From positions 5,506,301-5,570,300 of the forward strand of contig CM082577.2 in NCBI GenBank assembly GCA_040954595.2: a DNA stretch of 64,000 bases, given 5' to 3'. This DNA is from Balanoglossus misakiensis (lineage: Eukaryota; Animalia; Hemichordata). Of this stretch, positions 14,071 through 25,800 are shown in pieces (the first letter of the stretch is position 1; every line of letters starts with the position of its first letter). The position numbers were made by a program, and so were the translations under genes. The notes beneath the pieces are model-generated. The model worked only from the letters and a program-made list of their open reading frames with translations, was not told where the DNA came from and ran no database searches.

Positions 14071-15264
14071 TCGCTAGCTTTAGTTTAATATTCCGAGTAA
14101 TGTACACTTTTACGTCTGTCAACGTCATTACAGTGCAGTCTGCAGCAGCAGTGTGCAGTGAATGGTCTCCACTGCCTGTCAAAGAAACAAACAAACACAT
14201 AAACAAACACATTTTAAGAAAAAGAGCTTAAAGTTTTTTTAAGTTACTAAAAATATGTGCGTGACAACAATGCATTAGTGATAGAAACTGACCACTTATT
14301 TGAAGCCTTTTAAATATCAAAAGCTTTTGTCTGCCAAATTATTACCACTGGTACGGTATGAGGTGTGAAGCCATGCCCCCCTGAGGAAACTAGCTTTTCG
14401 TGTCTGTGAATAACAGACATGTTATTAATCTGATGTGGTAGTTTTGTGTCATTGCAGATGATTTGATGATGAAATAGTTGTTAATAATGGAAATCTATCC
14501 TTCGTAGGTTATTCATACTTTTTTTTTATTAAAAGAAAATAATCACAGTGATTACATCTCGGCCTCAAAAAGAGACCTTGTCTTTCATGAACTAAACTGA
14601 TGCCGTTTATAATCAACAACGTTGTTTGGTGCCATTCTTTTGAAAACGAAAAAAAATATTACCAAACTCATACTGACATTTTGATGGTTATGTGGTGATT
14701 TGCTTTTATTTTATTTATTTTTCTTTGGAATAATGTGTGAGTACTTGGGATTAGAGCGTTCACTTTTTGGTGACTTTTATCGTAGGTAAAAATAAAAGTT
14801 GCTGATTCATTTCTGATATGTTTGATTTAGAGGTCAGATTTAGACAATAAACAGTCTACCACTTCTAAGTAAGTTCAATTGGAATACATGTTCCATGTAA
14901 TGGAAAAAAACGGAGTAGCAGTGAAACATCTTTATTTTTCAGCATTGCGTTTCATTTTAGTGCTTTGATATTTCTCAGTATTTTGCTGACCGGCGTTTTT
15001 ATTCCCATCCTGCTGCTGCAGGCTGCCCAACACCCTTCAGGGGTGGATTGCTTTCTTCTGGTTAGGGAACGTGAATTCTGAAGTCGCAATTTCATTTCAG
15101 GAGTGTGACAAGATTTTGAAATTCGGAACGACGAAATTGTGTACACGCAAAATGGGATTAGAAAAAAAAATGGCATTCTCATGGTTCCACACCCAGTATT
15201 GCTGACTTGTAAAACAGTTTTAAAAAAGATAAAGACAGACAAAGAAATAAGAGTTCTATCTTTT

Positions 15265-15270
15265 AATAAA
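15265..15270 (+). other. Candidate poly(A) signal of unkempt (~1.2-kb 3' UTR)
   Basis: AATAAA downstream of the stop, followed by U/GU-rich sequence. An earlier AATAAA lies near 14791. Confidence 0.4.
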
Positions 15271-16266
15271 GGCTTCTGTAGATTTTATACAAGACAATGA
15301 CTGGTGTTTGCTGTTTGATTTCTCATCTCCACACATAGCACTTCACCCATGTGGCCACCACCACCACAACATCAGAGACACAACCGTGGTCATTTCTTAC
15401 TCTGTCTGGCAACCATCCAATTTTAGTGAGACTTCTTTGGTTTATGTCTGATATCAAACAAAAGCACACGAGATCTTAATCTGCTGATATTTAAAAATGG
15501 CTGTCAAACTCGTTAAATCTGCTTGGAATATGAACACTCTTCTTGAAAATGCCACGATACAGTTCCACACAAAAGAATATTCATGTCTGTATATCTGTCT
15601 GTCCCTATATTGTAGTTTGGATGAGAAAGTCTGTCATCTGAAGTATTTAGATACATGCGAAGAGTGACTGGGAAAGTTGAACTGTAATGCATTGTGTCAC
15701 TGAATGAATTTGTTGATTGCTAGATTGGTATGTTTAATACTTTGTTCCTATTTTTTATTATTTACAACTTGGTCAACATCTTTACAGACTTTTAACAACA
15801 AGCAGCATGGTTTCTGGATAATTATTATTGTCTTTACAGCATGCTGTTTCAGTTTTTGTTTTCATTTCATAATCATGATGATAGAAATAGTCTGAAAGAT
15901 AATTGTTTATAATAATGGTTATCAACAGAAGTTCCATTGTTTTTCTTCACAATGTTGTACACGTGGCCACATGTCAGGGTTCGTATCATACGATTAAACT
16001 TAATTTGGTCTGTCGTGCGCGTGGTAATGCGTCTATTTTTGGCATATGACTGACTAGATGTGTCTAAACATGAATGGACTTCGTCTCTCTGTTTTGATTC
16101 TCGCAGTGCTTACGGTGCTACATTTAGTTGTCATCCACAGATCATGGTTGAGATTTCGTCACAGCAAGGGATCGACCAATGAGATTCTCAGGATCACATG
16201 ATATCCAAACCTGTAAACCAATCAGTAACATCTGGTTTCACAACGCACTTCGCCGTAGCAATTTTC

Positions 16267-16275
16267 TGATGCAAT
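16267..16275 (+). promoter_or_regulatory. C/EBP-ATF composite element (TGATGCAAT) upstream of ATF4
   Basis: Exact match to the CARE/AARE core bound by ATF4-C/EBP dimers, ~320 nt upstream of uORF1. Confidence 0.35.
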
Positions 16276-16598
16276 ATTTGGCCTGAGTGCATCTCTTCCG
16301 AAGACCATATCGCTAAGCTTATAAAAAAGTCCGAATATATAAAGTTTAAAATTATTGTCCCAAATAATATTTCATTGCAACACGGGTTTAAGTATATACT
16401 CTTCACACACGAAAAGTTTAATCTGGTCATTCAAAATCGAAGTATGTACCTTAATCCAGATGGATATACGTGCAGCGGATTGATTGACTAAGCCCTTGTG
16501 ATTCGGTTCCGACCTCGCTTGGAATGTTTTTCGCAGAATATTGCGCACTTCTCACAGGCTACAGATCTCGGTGAATGGATATTTCTCTCGTCCTCAAA

Positions 16599-16610
16599 AT
16601 GGCTTTCTAG
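16599..16610 (+). promoter_or_regulatory. ATF4 uORF1 (Met-Ala-Phe-stop)
   Basis: AAAATG GCT TTC TAG, strong Kozak context; same 3-codon form as mammalian ATF4 uORF1 (MAY*). Confidence 0.85.
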
Positions 16611-16667
16611 TGTGGAACCGGCCGCCCCAAACCGCGCAATCCGGCGATTGCATTTTACAACGACAAC

Positions 16668-17279
16668 ATGGCGTAAGTATTTGTCAGATATTTTTCCTGG
16701 GAGTATTTTAGAATCGAATATTTTGTACAAATGACTAAGCCTGCGTGTGGGACACATTCATCAAAATGGCGACAGATCTACCGTTCACCATATCGTTGCT
16801 TGCCTCGCTATCATAGCGAATTGGCCGTATTTTCATTGCTTATAAAAAGCGGCATGACGGATTTAATACGGCCGAGGCTACTTTATATTCGGGATTATAG
16901 AAGTATCGAAAATAACCACAGTTTCCTCGCCACATTTGTCACGAGGAAGTGAAGTTCGTGACGTCAGTACCATGCCACCGTGTCACTGGCGACTCGCGCA
17001 GTTCACAAAAAGTTTCAATATGTCAGCGTGGAAAATCTATTTTTCGTAAACAGTTATCTTAAGAATGACTAGTCTTGAATTCATGATGATTAAAAAAATG
17101 AAAATATTGTCTTCTGTGTTATTTACAGCCCCCAAACGACTTTATCGCTCGTGGAGAAACCATATAGTGGTTTTCTGATTACTGAATACAAATTGACGCA
17201 AGGAATTGAAGATGGAGAGTTTAGGATACGAAGATTCTCTCTTCAGCTCTCTCCTAGGAGAGGGGCTGGAGAAGGATAG
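16668..17279 (+). promoter_or_regulatory. ATF4 uORF2, 51 aa, split by intron 16673-17128, overlapping the ATF4 CDS out of frame
   Basis: ACAACATG GC|gtaagt...tttacag|C CCC CAA... reads MAPQTTLSLVEKPYSGFLITEYKLTQGIEDGEFRIRRFSLQLSPRRGAGEG*. TAG at 17277-17279; overlaps the main ORF (ATG 17212) by 68 nt. Confidence 0.85.
16959..16966. promoter_or_regulatory. CRE (TGACGTCA) in ATF4 intron 1; YY1-like AAAATGGCG near 16763
   Basis: Exact motif matches in the CpG-rich first intron. Confidence 0.35.
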
Positions 17280-18301
17280 TCTACTATTTGATACTGGAGT
17301 CGATGGAACTCCTGTTGACAAGTATGCGGTCACCGCGGAAGATTTATTCAAAGACCTGGGTCCATTAGATGGTAAGATATCTTATAATAGGATAAATGTG
17401 TCAATAAAATTATAACTTTGCAATTTTCCCCGTTTCTATGGAATTGTATTAAAATTATTATTTTTTATTATTTGCAGACTGGATGACAGAGAAGGTTGAT
17501 CTCGGCCTTTTGGGTCAACCTGATGTGTTTACACAAACCGTGTCAACCCTCCCTTCAGAGTTAGATGAACTACTGGCACCAAAAGGTGCAATGGAGAGCT
17601 TGGAAGTTGGCCCAGAGGACTTGGAATTGTTGCAGAGTCTGGCTGTTGATCCTGGCATCCCCCAAAGTTCACCATCACCAGAGGAGAGCTTTGCCTCAGA
17701 CTTTTTGACGCTGACTACCCCACTACCTGTCAGCAGCATGTCCGAGTCTGGACCAGGATCACCAAGCATACTGACTCCCCCACTATCTGTCGACAGCATG
17801 TCCGAGTCTGGACCAGGATCACCAAGCACTCTGATCAACCCCGCTAGTATTGACTTGGCAGCCTCTGATATCTTGACCACTTTAGTCCAAATGCAACAAA
17901 ACAAAGAAATGGCCGATAAAGTAACTTTAGTTACCACACAAACGCTCACCCCACCCCCAACGCCCAAGTCCATTACAGATGTTGGGTCTGTGGCTATCCC
18001 AAAAGAAAACAAGAAAAACGAAACCCCAAAAAGGGCACGGTCAAAAATAAAAACCGCTTCTGGTTCAACAATTGTAGACAAAAAATCGCGCAAAAGGGAC
18101 CAAAACAAAATGGCAGCAACGAGATACCGAGAGAAAAAACGTGCAGAGTCTATGATTGTGCAAAGTGAGGAATCTCAGGTACTCCAAAAAAATAAAGAAT
18201 TAAAAGAGCAGGTTGAGTCTTTGACCAGAGAAATAAAATACATGAAGGACTTGATGGTGGACATATTCGAGGCCAAAGGAATAACAACACAGATTTCATG
18301 A
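17212..18301 (+). CDS. ATF4: Activating transcription factor 4/5 (bZIP), ~327 aa
   Basis: Exons 17212-17371 and 17478-18301. Conserved DWMTEKVDL motif across the junction; C-terminal bZIP KKSRKRDQNKMAATRYREKKR...LQKNKELKEQVESLTREIKYMKDLM; canonical two-uORF leader. Confidence 0.93.
17711..17830 (+). repeat. In-frame 60-bp tandem duplication inside ATF4
   Basis: Units 17711-17770 and 17771-17830 share CAGCATGTCCGAGTCTGGACCAGGATCACCAAGCA exactly and encode LTTPLPVSSMSESGPGSPSI / LTPPLSVDSMSESGPGSPST. Confidence 0.95.
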
Positions 18302-18435
18302 TTATATATCCTTTCACATTTAGAGTTTATTTGCTTCTTATGAAATTTTTTGAGTGAACTAATTTGTTCGATTCTCTATGTAGTTTAGTTGGCTTTGTAT
18401 ATATGTATGTTATACGCACATAGTTTCCTTTGTCA

Positions 18436-18570
18436 AATAAATGGCTGACCAGGAATTCCTGGTTTCAAGTGTCGTCTATCTAATGCAGGGTGTGTGGACT
18501 TATTTACTCAAGTTCATTATTGAACATCGAAACTTTTCATGTTATTAAAGGGTTAAATGCCTGAAATAAA
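18436..18570 (+). other. ATF4 poly(A) signals (AATAAA 18436-18441 and 18565-18570)
   Basis: Canonical hexamers downstream of the stop. A Pumilio-type TGTATATA lies at 18396-18403. Confidence 0.5.
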
Positions 18571-19667
18571 AATCAGTGAGTCAATACATGAACTACTAGT
18601 ATATTAGTATGACAGCTTCAAAGAATTGATCCGTGATAGAAAAAACGGCATTTTTGACTCGATGGTGGCTTTCCATAATACGACTCGTCAAGTCTATGCA
18701 ACAACATATTGGCTTGTGTATTTTACAGGATTAGGGGCCAAAAATGTGGCAGTATTTCTGGCACATTTGCAATTTTTTATGTTAATGCTAACACCAATAT
18801 ACATATTATATAATTATCAAAACATGATGTTTCGTAAAAGGTGTGTGAAATGGAAAAAATTACGATGGATATATTCATCCAATGCCAACTTCAACTGATT
18901 GTGAAAACCACGAAATTAGGGAGGCTGACGAGCGACCCCAGCGAGCGGACGATGGGATCGTTAGTGAAAGATAACTTCTCACCAATACCAACGTTGGCGG
19001 CAGTGCATCGGTATACGGGTCTCCGCAATTTCTTTGGCCTTTCTTGAAGCAAAAGTTTTTCTGTTGCAGCAGCAAATAAAACATTATTTTTTCATTCTTG
19101 AACCAAATAATATTTTTGTCGAAAATCTTTCGGCTCATTGTCGAATATCAATTGGCCAACCCTAAAGAAATGAAAAATAAACTGAAAAATACAAAGAGAA
19201 ATCAATACTTTTTTTTTAAATAAATGAAATAAACAAACGAGAAAAACCGTGCATTTGAACAATGCTACTAAAGCAACTGTTTTTGCGTCCAGATGTACGA
19301 ATACACATCCGGGGACAGGCAATCAGCCATTGAATGGTCTTCCAAAATGAAGGAAAAGGTGGGCCTTTTATTCGCAAAGTGAGAACACCTGTTGAACTAA
19401 CAAATCGCATCATCATATAGAGGAAACGTCTATTCGATCGGGCGGCAGTACCAGGGGTTTGTCGACGTCAAAGTTGACATCGTGAAAAACGAGCCGAATT
19501 TTTCAAAACGTTTTATACAAAGTATATTAAATTTTGTGGTTGTTATCGAGTAAATCGAGAAAGAATTTTAGAAATTTTCTCCGGTCAGAAGTGTTGTGAA
19601 ATGCTAGAATTCACCACCCATGCAGTTGTCCCGAGGAAATTAATGGTATGACCCGTTCATTCAGGGC

Positions 19668-19674
19668 TATAAAA
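19668..19674 (+). promoter_or_regulatory. TATA box of the secreted mosaic-protein gene
   Basis: TATAAAA ~27 nt upstream of an Inr-like CTCATTC and ~145 nt upstream of ATG 19816. Confidence 0.6.
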
Positions 19675-19815
19675 CGCGGTCGTCTGCCTTGTTCCCTCAT
19701 TCTTTTGGTGCTCGGAGGAGTGGGTCGTCGTCTTGTCCGTTACGAGGTCCGGGAGCCGTCCGCACGTGTTCACAGTCCGCGATAGTAAACGGCTCGGGTG
19801 GGGTCGCAGCCGAAG

Positions 19816-22800
19816 ATGGGGTGGTCGTTCTGTACGAAGATCCTCTCCCTCTGTATCGTCGCAGCTCTCTTGAAACGTTGCGTGGTAGAAGCTGCTTTTG
19901 GTACACCGATCGAGTATGGTATCGACGACCGCTTTGATGACATGGGTGAAGCTAGAATAGAAGAATTTGTCGTAACTAACGGTGAGTGGAGGTTGTATGA
20001 TGGTTGCGCCTCGTAAAGTCTTGTCATATTTTGCTCAAGGCCACTTTAGATTAGTCACTATTGAAATGAAAAAGACGGTAAACATCACCTTTTAATTGTT
20101 AGTTTTCCTACTACAAGAATTACCTCATGCAGTTCTGTTGTTTTTTTTAAATGGCCCGAATAGTCGGATGAGCATGAGCGGACGCCGATATGCCCTTTGA
20201 AAGTCTCCTTCAAAATTCGTTTGGTGCTATACTGCATTTAGCGCATAACCACCATTTTCTTCGTCATTCCGACTTGTAACTGGAATTCTGGTATATCCGC
20301 TCGTTTTCTCGCAAGCAGAGCTACTAATTCATCTCCACGATGCTATGCAAAATTGAGGTGGCAACTTGTCTGGCTGTTATTACGGTGGGGCACGTTGGAT
20401 TTTTATTACAGGGTTATACGAATATAATGGTGTACGCCCAAGATGTCTGTCGTGTCCATGACATGACAAAAAGAAATTTAAATCTCTTGATAAATTCGTT
20501 TTTGTACGATACACCCCACCTACTTCACTCCTTTTTTTTCTTTTGCAGGAACGGTAACTTTAAACATCACACTGGAAAATACACACCAAAAAGACGAGAT
20601 TTGGGTTTTGGATTTCCAACCGTACAATTTTGACCTAGATAACCCACCGATTGTCTCCTACGACGGCGGACAACTGGTTGCCGCCCACACCGGAAACTGT
20701 TCCAGCGTCTTTGGAGATGTCAATTTTGACGTAAGTATTAAATTCCTTTCTGTAACCTCGGCTTAACAACTAACGGGGAAACTTTCTATAAAGACCGCCC
20801 GTACCCTTTTTGCAATTCTCAATAATCGGAATGAACAAACGTGACAAAGCTCTCGCATGATGGCTTGGTTTCTCCCGACTGTTTCAATGAATGTGTTCGC
20901 TTGGTTTCGGCAGCCGACCCACGTGTGCACACGACAGCAGCACTGTTTTGAGAAGTAAGCTAACTGTGCCGACAAACATGCATGACCTATAATAAGTTAT
21001 ACTTTTCAGGAGAACAACGGATTTTACAGAGATGAATATCTTCCCGTGGCGCCTGGAGACAAGCAACTGTTCACTGCCTACAGACACGGCGCTGGCGGTT
21101 TTAGAAGCAATGATTACGGTGTGTCCGTGAGAGACGATTCTATCATCTTTGAGGGTAAGTTTTTTCTTTCCCATTTCTTTCGTGCACATTTTCCAATTCT
21201 GTCTTTTCCAGATCTGCACATTCAATTTCCCATTTTTTTTTATAACCGTCTCCCCCTTAACTTGCAGGACCCTTGGACTCGTTCCTGGCATGCGAAAACA
21301 CGCGAGGAGAGAACGTCTGGGATCGCAGCGTCTACATGGAATCGATTCAATACAACACGACTCTGTACATGACCAATGTCCGACCGAAGCAGTTGACAGA
21401 CGGCGAGAGTGGCATATCGTTCATACAAAGTCACGTGATTCTCTATTGGAGACTGCTCAGAACGGCCATTGCCAGGTAGGCGCATCCAGAGTTCTTGTGA
21501 CAAAACTCCTCGATAGGACCCCCCACTGATGCGAGTGAAATTCAGTGAAGAAACGTTCAAAGGGATTGCCAGAATACATGGTATATTTTAGAAAGCTGCT
21601 GTACACTGTAGTCTGAATACTGTCTCTTTCAGTGTTAAAACCAGCCCCAGACTTTGAAAATCTTGTGGTCACTGCATGTTAACGTTCAGGTCAGTCGGCG
21701 CAACGATGCCGTTATAGGCAATTCAAAACTGGCGATTACTACTCGATTACATTTTATGTACATCTATTGCCCCCCAGGTTCATTATTACATCAACGGAAC
21801 GATTGAGACCAATCTTTGAGTACGCCATAGTAAGACCAGTATACATCGATGACGATCCGACCAAAGACCCCGACAGGTAAGATGAAACATTGCAAGGGAC
21901 AATTTCCCCCTTCCATTACGTGATGGTCCAACCCAAGCGGATGCCATCAATATCAAACTTGGTTCAAAGAGCGACCGTGAGGTCCAGGCCAATGCTTGTC
22001 TGTTGTAGTTCTACTCGTGCAAAATATTGGGATTTCTAATGTTCTCAATTGACCCGAAACCAACGTAACTTTTCCTTCTTTGCCCCCCCCCCTCCCAGAT
22101 ACAAAGCTGAAGTGGAGCTAGCCTTTAAGACTGTCGCGGACTCTGATCAAATTATAGCGGTGTACCAAGACGGCTCTCTGGTCTACGACCCCATTGATAC
22201 GGACAACTCGTTGGATTACACCAAGTATGACCCGTCCGAAGGTTGGTCATTCTTCGTTTGTCATCAAAATATTTCTTCTAAAAAGTGCAGATTTGTTTCC
22301 TCCGTTCGATGGGCGGGGCGGGGTGGGGGGGGGGGGGCGTGCCAACGAGCTTTTTATAAATGAATAAAGGGTGCCGTATAGCATAACCCAGTGGTCGAAA
22401 CATGCGAGCTAAAATTAGTTGCGCGTTGGGCTACTGAAATTTTTTTGTGCGAATAAAATCGAGGTGGTTTGATACTGTGAGCCAGTTCTCGAAACGACTG
22501 AGATTGTCCTGTGTAAAGATAACAATTTATTAATCGACTTTTTTCCCAGTTACTGTATATTACGCCCCCACCGATGCCACTGCCAGTGTTTTGGTGGACG
22601 GAATCAGTGTCCCAGTGTGTCCAGCTACTGCCGGAGATTCCATTCCTGTAGCCAACATCATTTGTGCCGAATTTGGTAAGTTTACTTTGTGATGTCATAC
22701 ACTGCAAATTGTTAGTGTATGGGCTTAAAATAAAAAGCAAATCAATCTTTCTCAGTATACCAGACAAGAATACATTTATTAGTGTAATTTGCAATTTTTA

Positions 22801-25800
22801 TTTTGGCCCAATCGTAAAGTTTTCATTAAAATCATGGTTTCTCCGAACTTACCCCCGAAGGACTGACGGTGGACACGTACAACATGAATCCAGCCGGCGA
22901 TAGCGACGTTGCCATCATTGGTCTAGAGTGCACCGGCTCGGAGAGCAACTTCGGCGACTGCACATACGATGTTGGGCCGTCGTCGTCCGCCGCTTGCCCC
23001 TCCGGAAGTATTTCAGTCGTTTGCACGGACACTGGTAAGTCACCAAAATTTTTAAAAAATGAGCTCGGATATAAAGGGGATTTTTTTTATTGGATTTATC
23101 AATATCCGGGCGAGGTTTAATGGTAGGAAACTGTTAAGAGCTCTGAAGTGCTTTTGAGAGGAAATGCGACCATCCCGGAACTTCAAAACTGCTAAACATC
23201 ACCGACCTATGATTGTAGCGGGTGCTGCTTGGTGTTAATACCACGAATACCAGTCAACCAAGCAACACCCGCTACACCTGCTGCATTATAGACCTTTCAT
23301 CATCCGTGTAAGCCGTGTCATCCTATTGATCCTTCAGCCACATCGAACCTCCCGAAGTCCTGTCACGACTACCTGCAGCAAGCCAAGAGAGTCGGCATCA
23401 CACTCGAAGACGGTCTCTACGACATCGACCTCTCTGGAACCCGGACAGCGGTGTACTGCGACATGACACGCGACGGCGGCGGCTGGACGCTGGTGCTGAC
23501 GACGGAAGGTCAGGACGGATTCGAGGCCGGCAACCTTCTCGACCTCAACGAGAACTCCCCGTCCACTACCACCGACTATTCAATACTTGGCGTTGTCGAC
23601 AACATCAAAGCTACCAGCGACGGAACAAATTTCAGGGTAATTACATTCCAACGGTCAAAACGATTCTACTTTTTATGCACAGTAATTTACAAGCAATCCA
23701 CCCTTTGTTCGGCTGAAAGTGTTGACCATGCTCAAATATTAAGAAATCTGTTTCATCGGAACACGTCTTGTAGTGAAAACTAATTTGTTCGATACACAAC
23801 AAAAAATATTCGCCCACCATACCGTTTTACCGAGCGATGTCTTTAAATACGTCGATTGGCTTTTGAGAAAAAAAAAATTCTGGTCAAAAGTTCATTTTCC
23901 CCCTCCAAAATTTAACTTTTTTTGTTTAAAATATTTACAAAATGAATGCACTACCGAGATGGCAAACTACTTGAATAACTTCCCACACCGCCGTGACAAC
24001 GTAGCACAGAATTTTGTCACTGTGATGACGACTATTTAATATCTCTCTCGCAGTATCGGGTCGAATCGGGGGATTTCGGTGAAGGCGGAGGTATATGGGA
24101 GGCGCCCCTCTCTCACCTCTTTGTCACCTTGGAAGCCAATCAAGCCACCACACTAGTTGAAAAATTCGGAGTCTGGGACGAGAACCTTCCTGACAACGGC
24201 GGCCCGCAAAACGTCATGCCCCACATCGGCACGGGCGTCGACTTACTCACAACCCGCGTCGGCGTAGTGGGCAACTTCGGAACCATGGTCTGTAGCTGCG
24301 TGGGTTCGGATTACAACCCGGCACCTTGGTTGGACGTGGATGTTGCCGACCAACCCGGCGTATTATGGTACTGGTTGAAGGAAGATAGATCAGGTATGGG
24401 TTTTTGTTATCCTTGATTGACAACCTGTTGCTCTGCAATTGGAAACTAGTGTCCCTGAACTTATAAAATCGCGGAATTTTCCATACAAGATCCATTGCAA
24501 CCCTACATTCACTGCAAAGATTTTTAACTTAACAGCCGCTCATGCATGCATGCATGCATTTATTTTGAGTTTTGCCGCGTTCACAATTTTGCCGAGTAGT
24601 CCATCGAAAAGAAGTCGACGAATGCACGGAAAGGAAAGGAAATCTTTAACACGCAGTTGAGATAATTTGCTGCAAAAAATATAAAGATTTAATTAATAAG
24701 CTTCTGTTTTGAGAAATCTTGCTTTCTGAACGCACAAACCCAAAATAAACGGGCGGACCTTCTTTGAAAACTCTGTTGGACGACAGTCTTCACAATATTA
24801 GCATCCGAATGGTTTGTTAAATCAAGTCTTTTTTGATATCCACTCGTTGCAGAACCAACGGCCGGTACTTTACACGAAAACTCCTACGAAGATCCCATGT
24901 TGGCGCCCCCGTGTGACTTCGAAGAATACCCCGGCAAATGCACGCAATCTTGGACGTATACAGTCATTCTAAACGTCGACGATACTGGCATAGACAGCAC
25001 CATGCCCATAGACGCAACAGGTAATCTTGTTTGCCAGTACTTAGTTGTCGAACGAATATGCAACCAATAGCAGACATCAACAGGAACATCGTGTTCTATA
25101 CTAACTGGTTTCATAAATTTAGTTCCACGTCCACTATAAGCGCAGTTTTGTATGTGGGGAGATGCAGATGAACGACTTGATGACTTCAACCTGTTTTGTT
25201 TTAACATTCAGGGGAGTTTGAAGTGTCCTACTACACTTACCAATGTCCAAATCTGCGAGAAAATCGAACTGACGACTGCGAGTACGTGGATGTTCCGCTG
25301 GCATTAATTGGCGCAAGGGTGACGTTGCAGACTACCGTTCAAATCACAGACGAGACGGAAGACAAACCGATGTAAGTTGGGCGGGTTTTATTCTTTTTAG
25401 ATTGTCGTGCATTAATATTCGTATCGTTTCCTCTGAGGTACTAGTATTTTTCTTAATATTAGTTTTTTGCACAGTATTTTTACGTAGGACCCTATGGGAA
25501 GATTACGACTTCAGTGACAAACTTTTGACGGTACTCAACGCGAATGGCGCTATGTACTGTGATCCTACTATTTCTCGTCTATTGACAAATAAAGCACATA
25601 GCCATCGAACACTGTGCAGCAACCATTAAAATCTTTCTCTTGCAGAGTGCGGCTAAAGAAGTTGTACGGAAGCGATCCGGCAGTTGATCTCCGTGATGGC
25701 GCCAGGGGCGTACAACATCTGGAACAAGTCACCATAGAAACGCACTTCTTCCCGGAATTTCTTCGAGAAAAAATGGAGGCAAAATTGACGCTGTTTATGG

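Noticed and set aside
17515-18108. 197-aa antisense ORF over ATF4
   Set aside because: Lies wholly opposite the ATF4 exon; low complexity; explained by codon bias.
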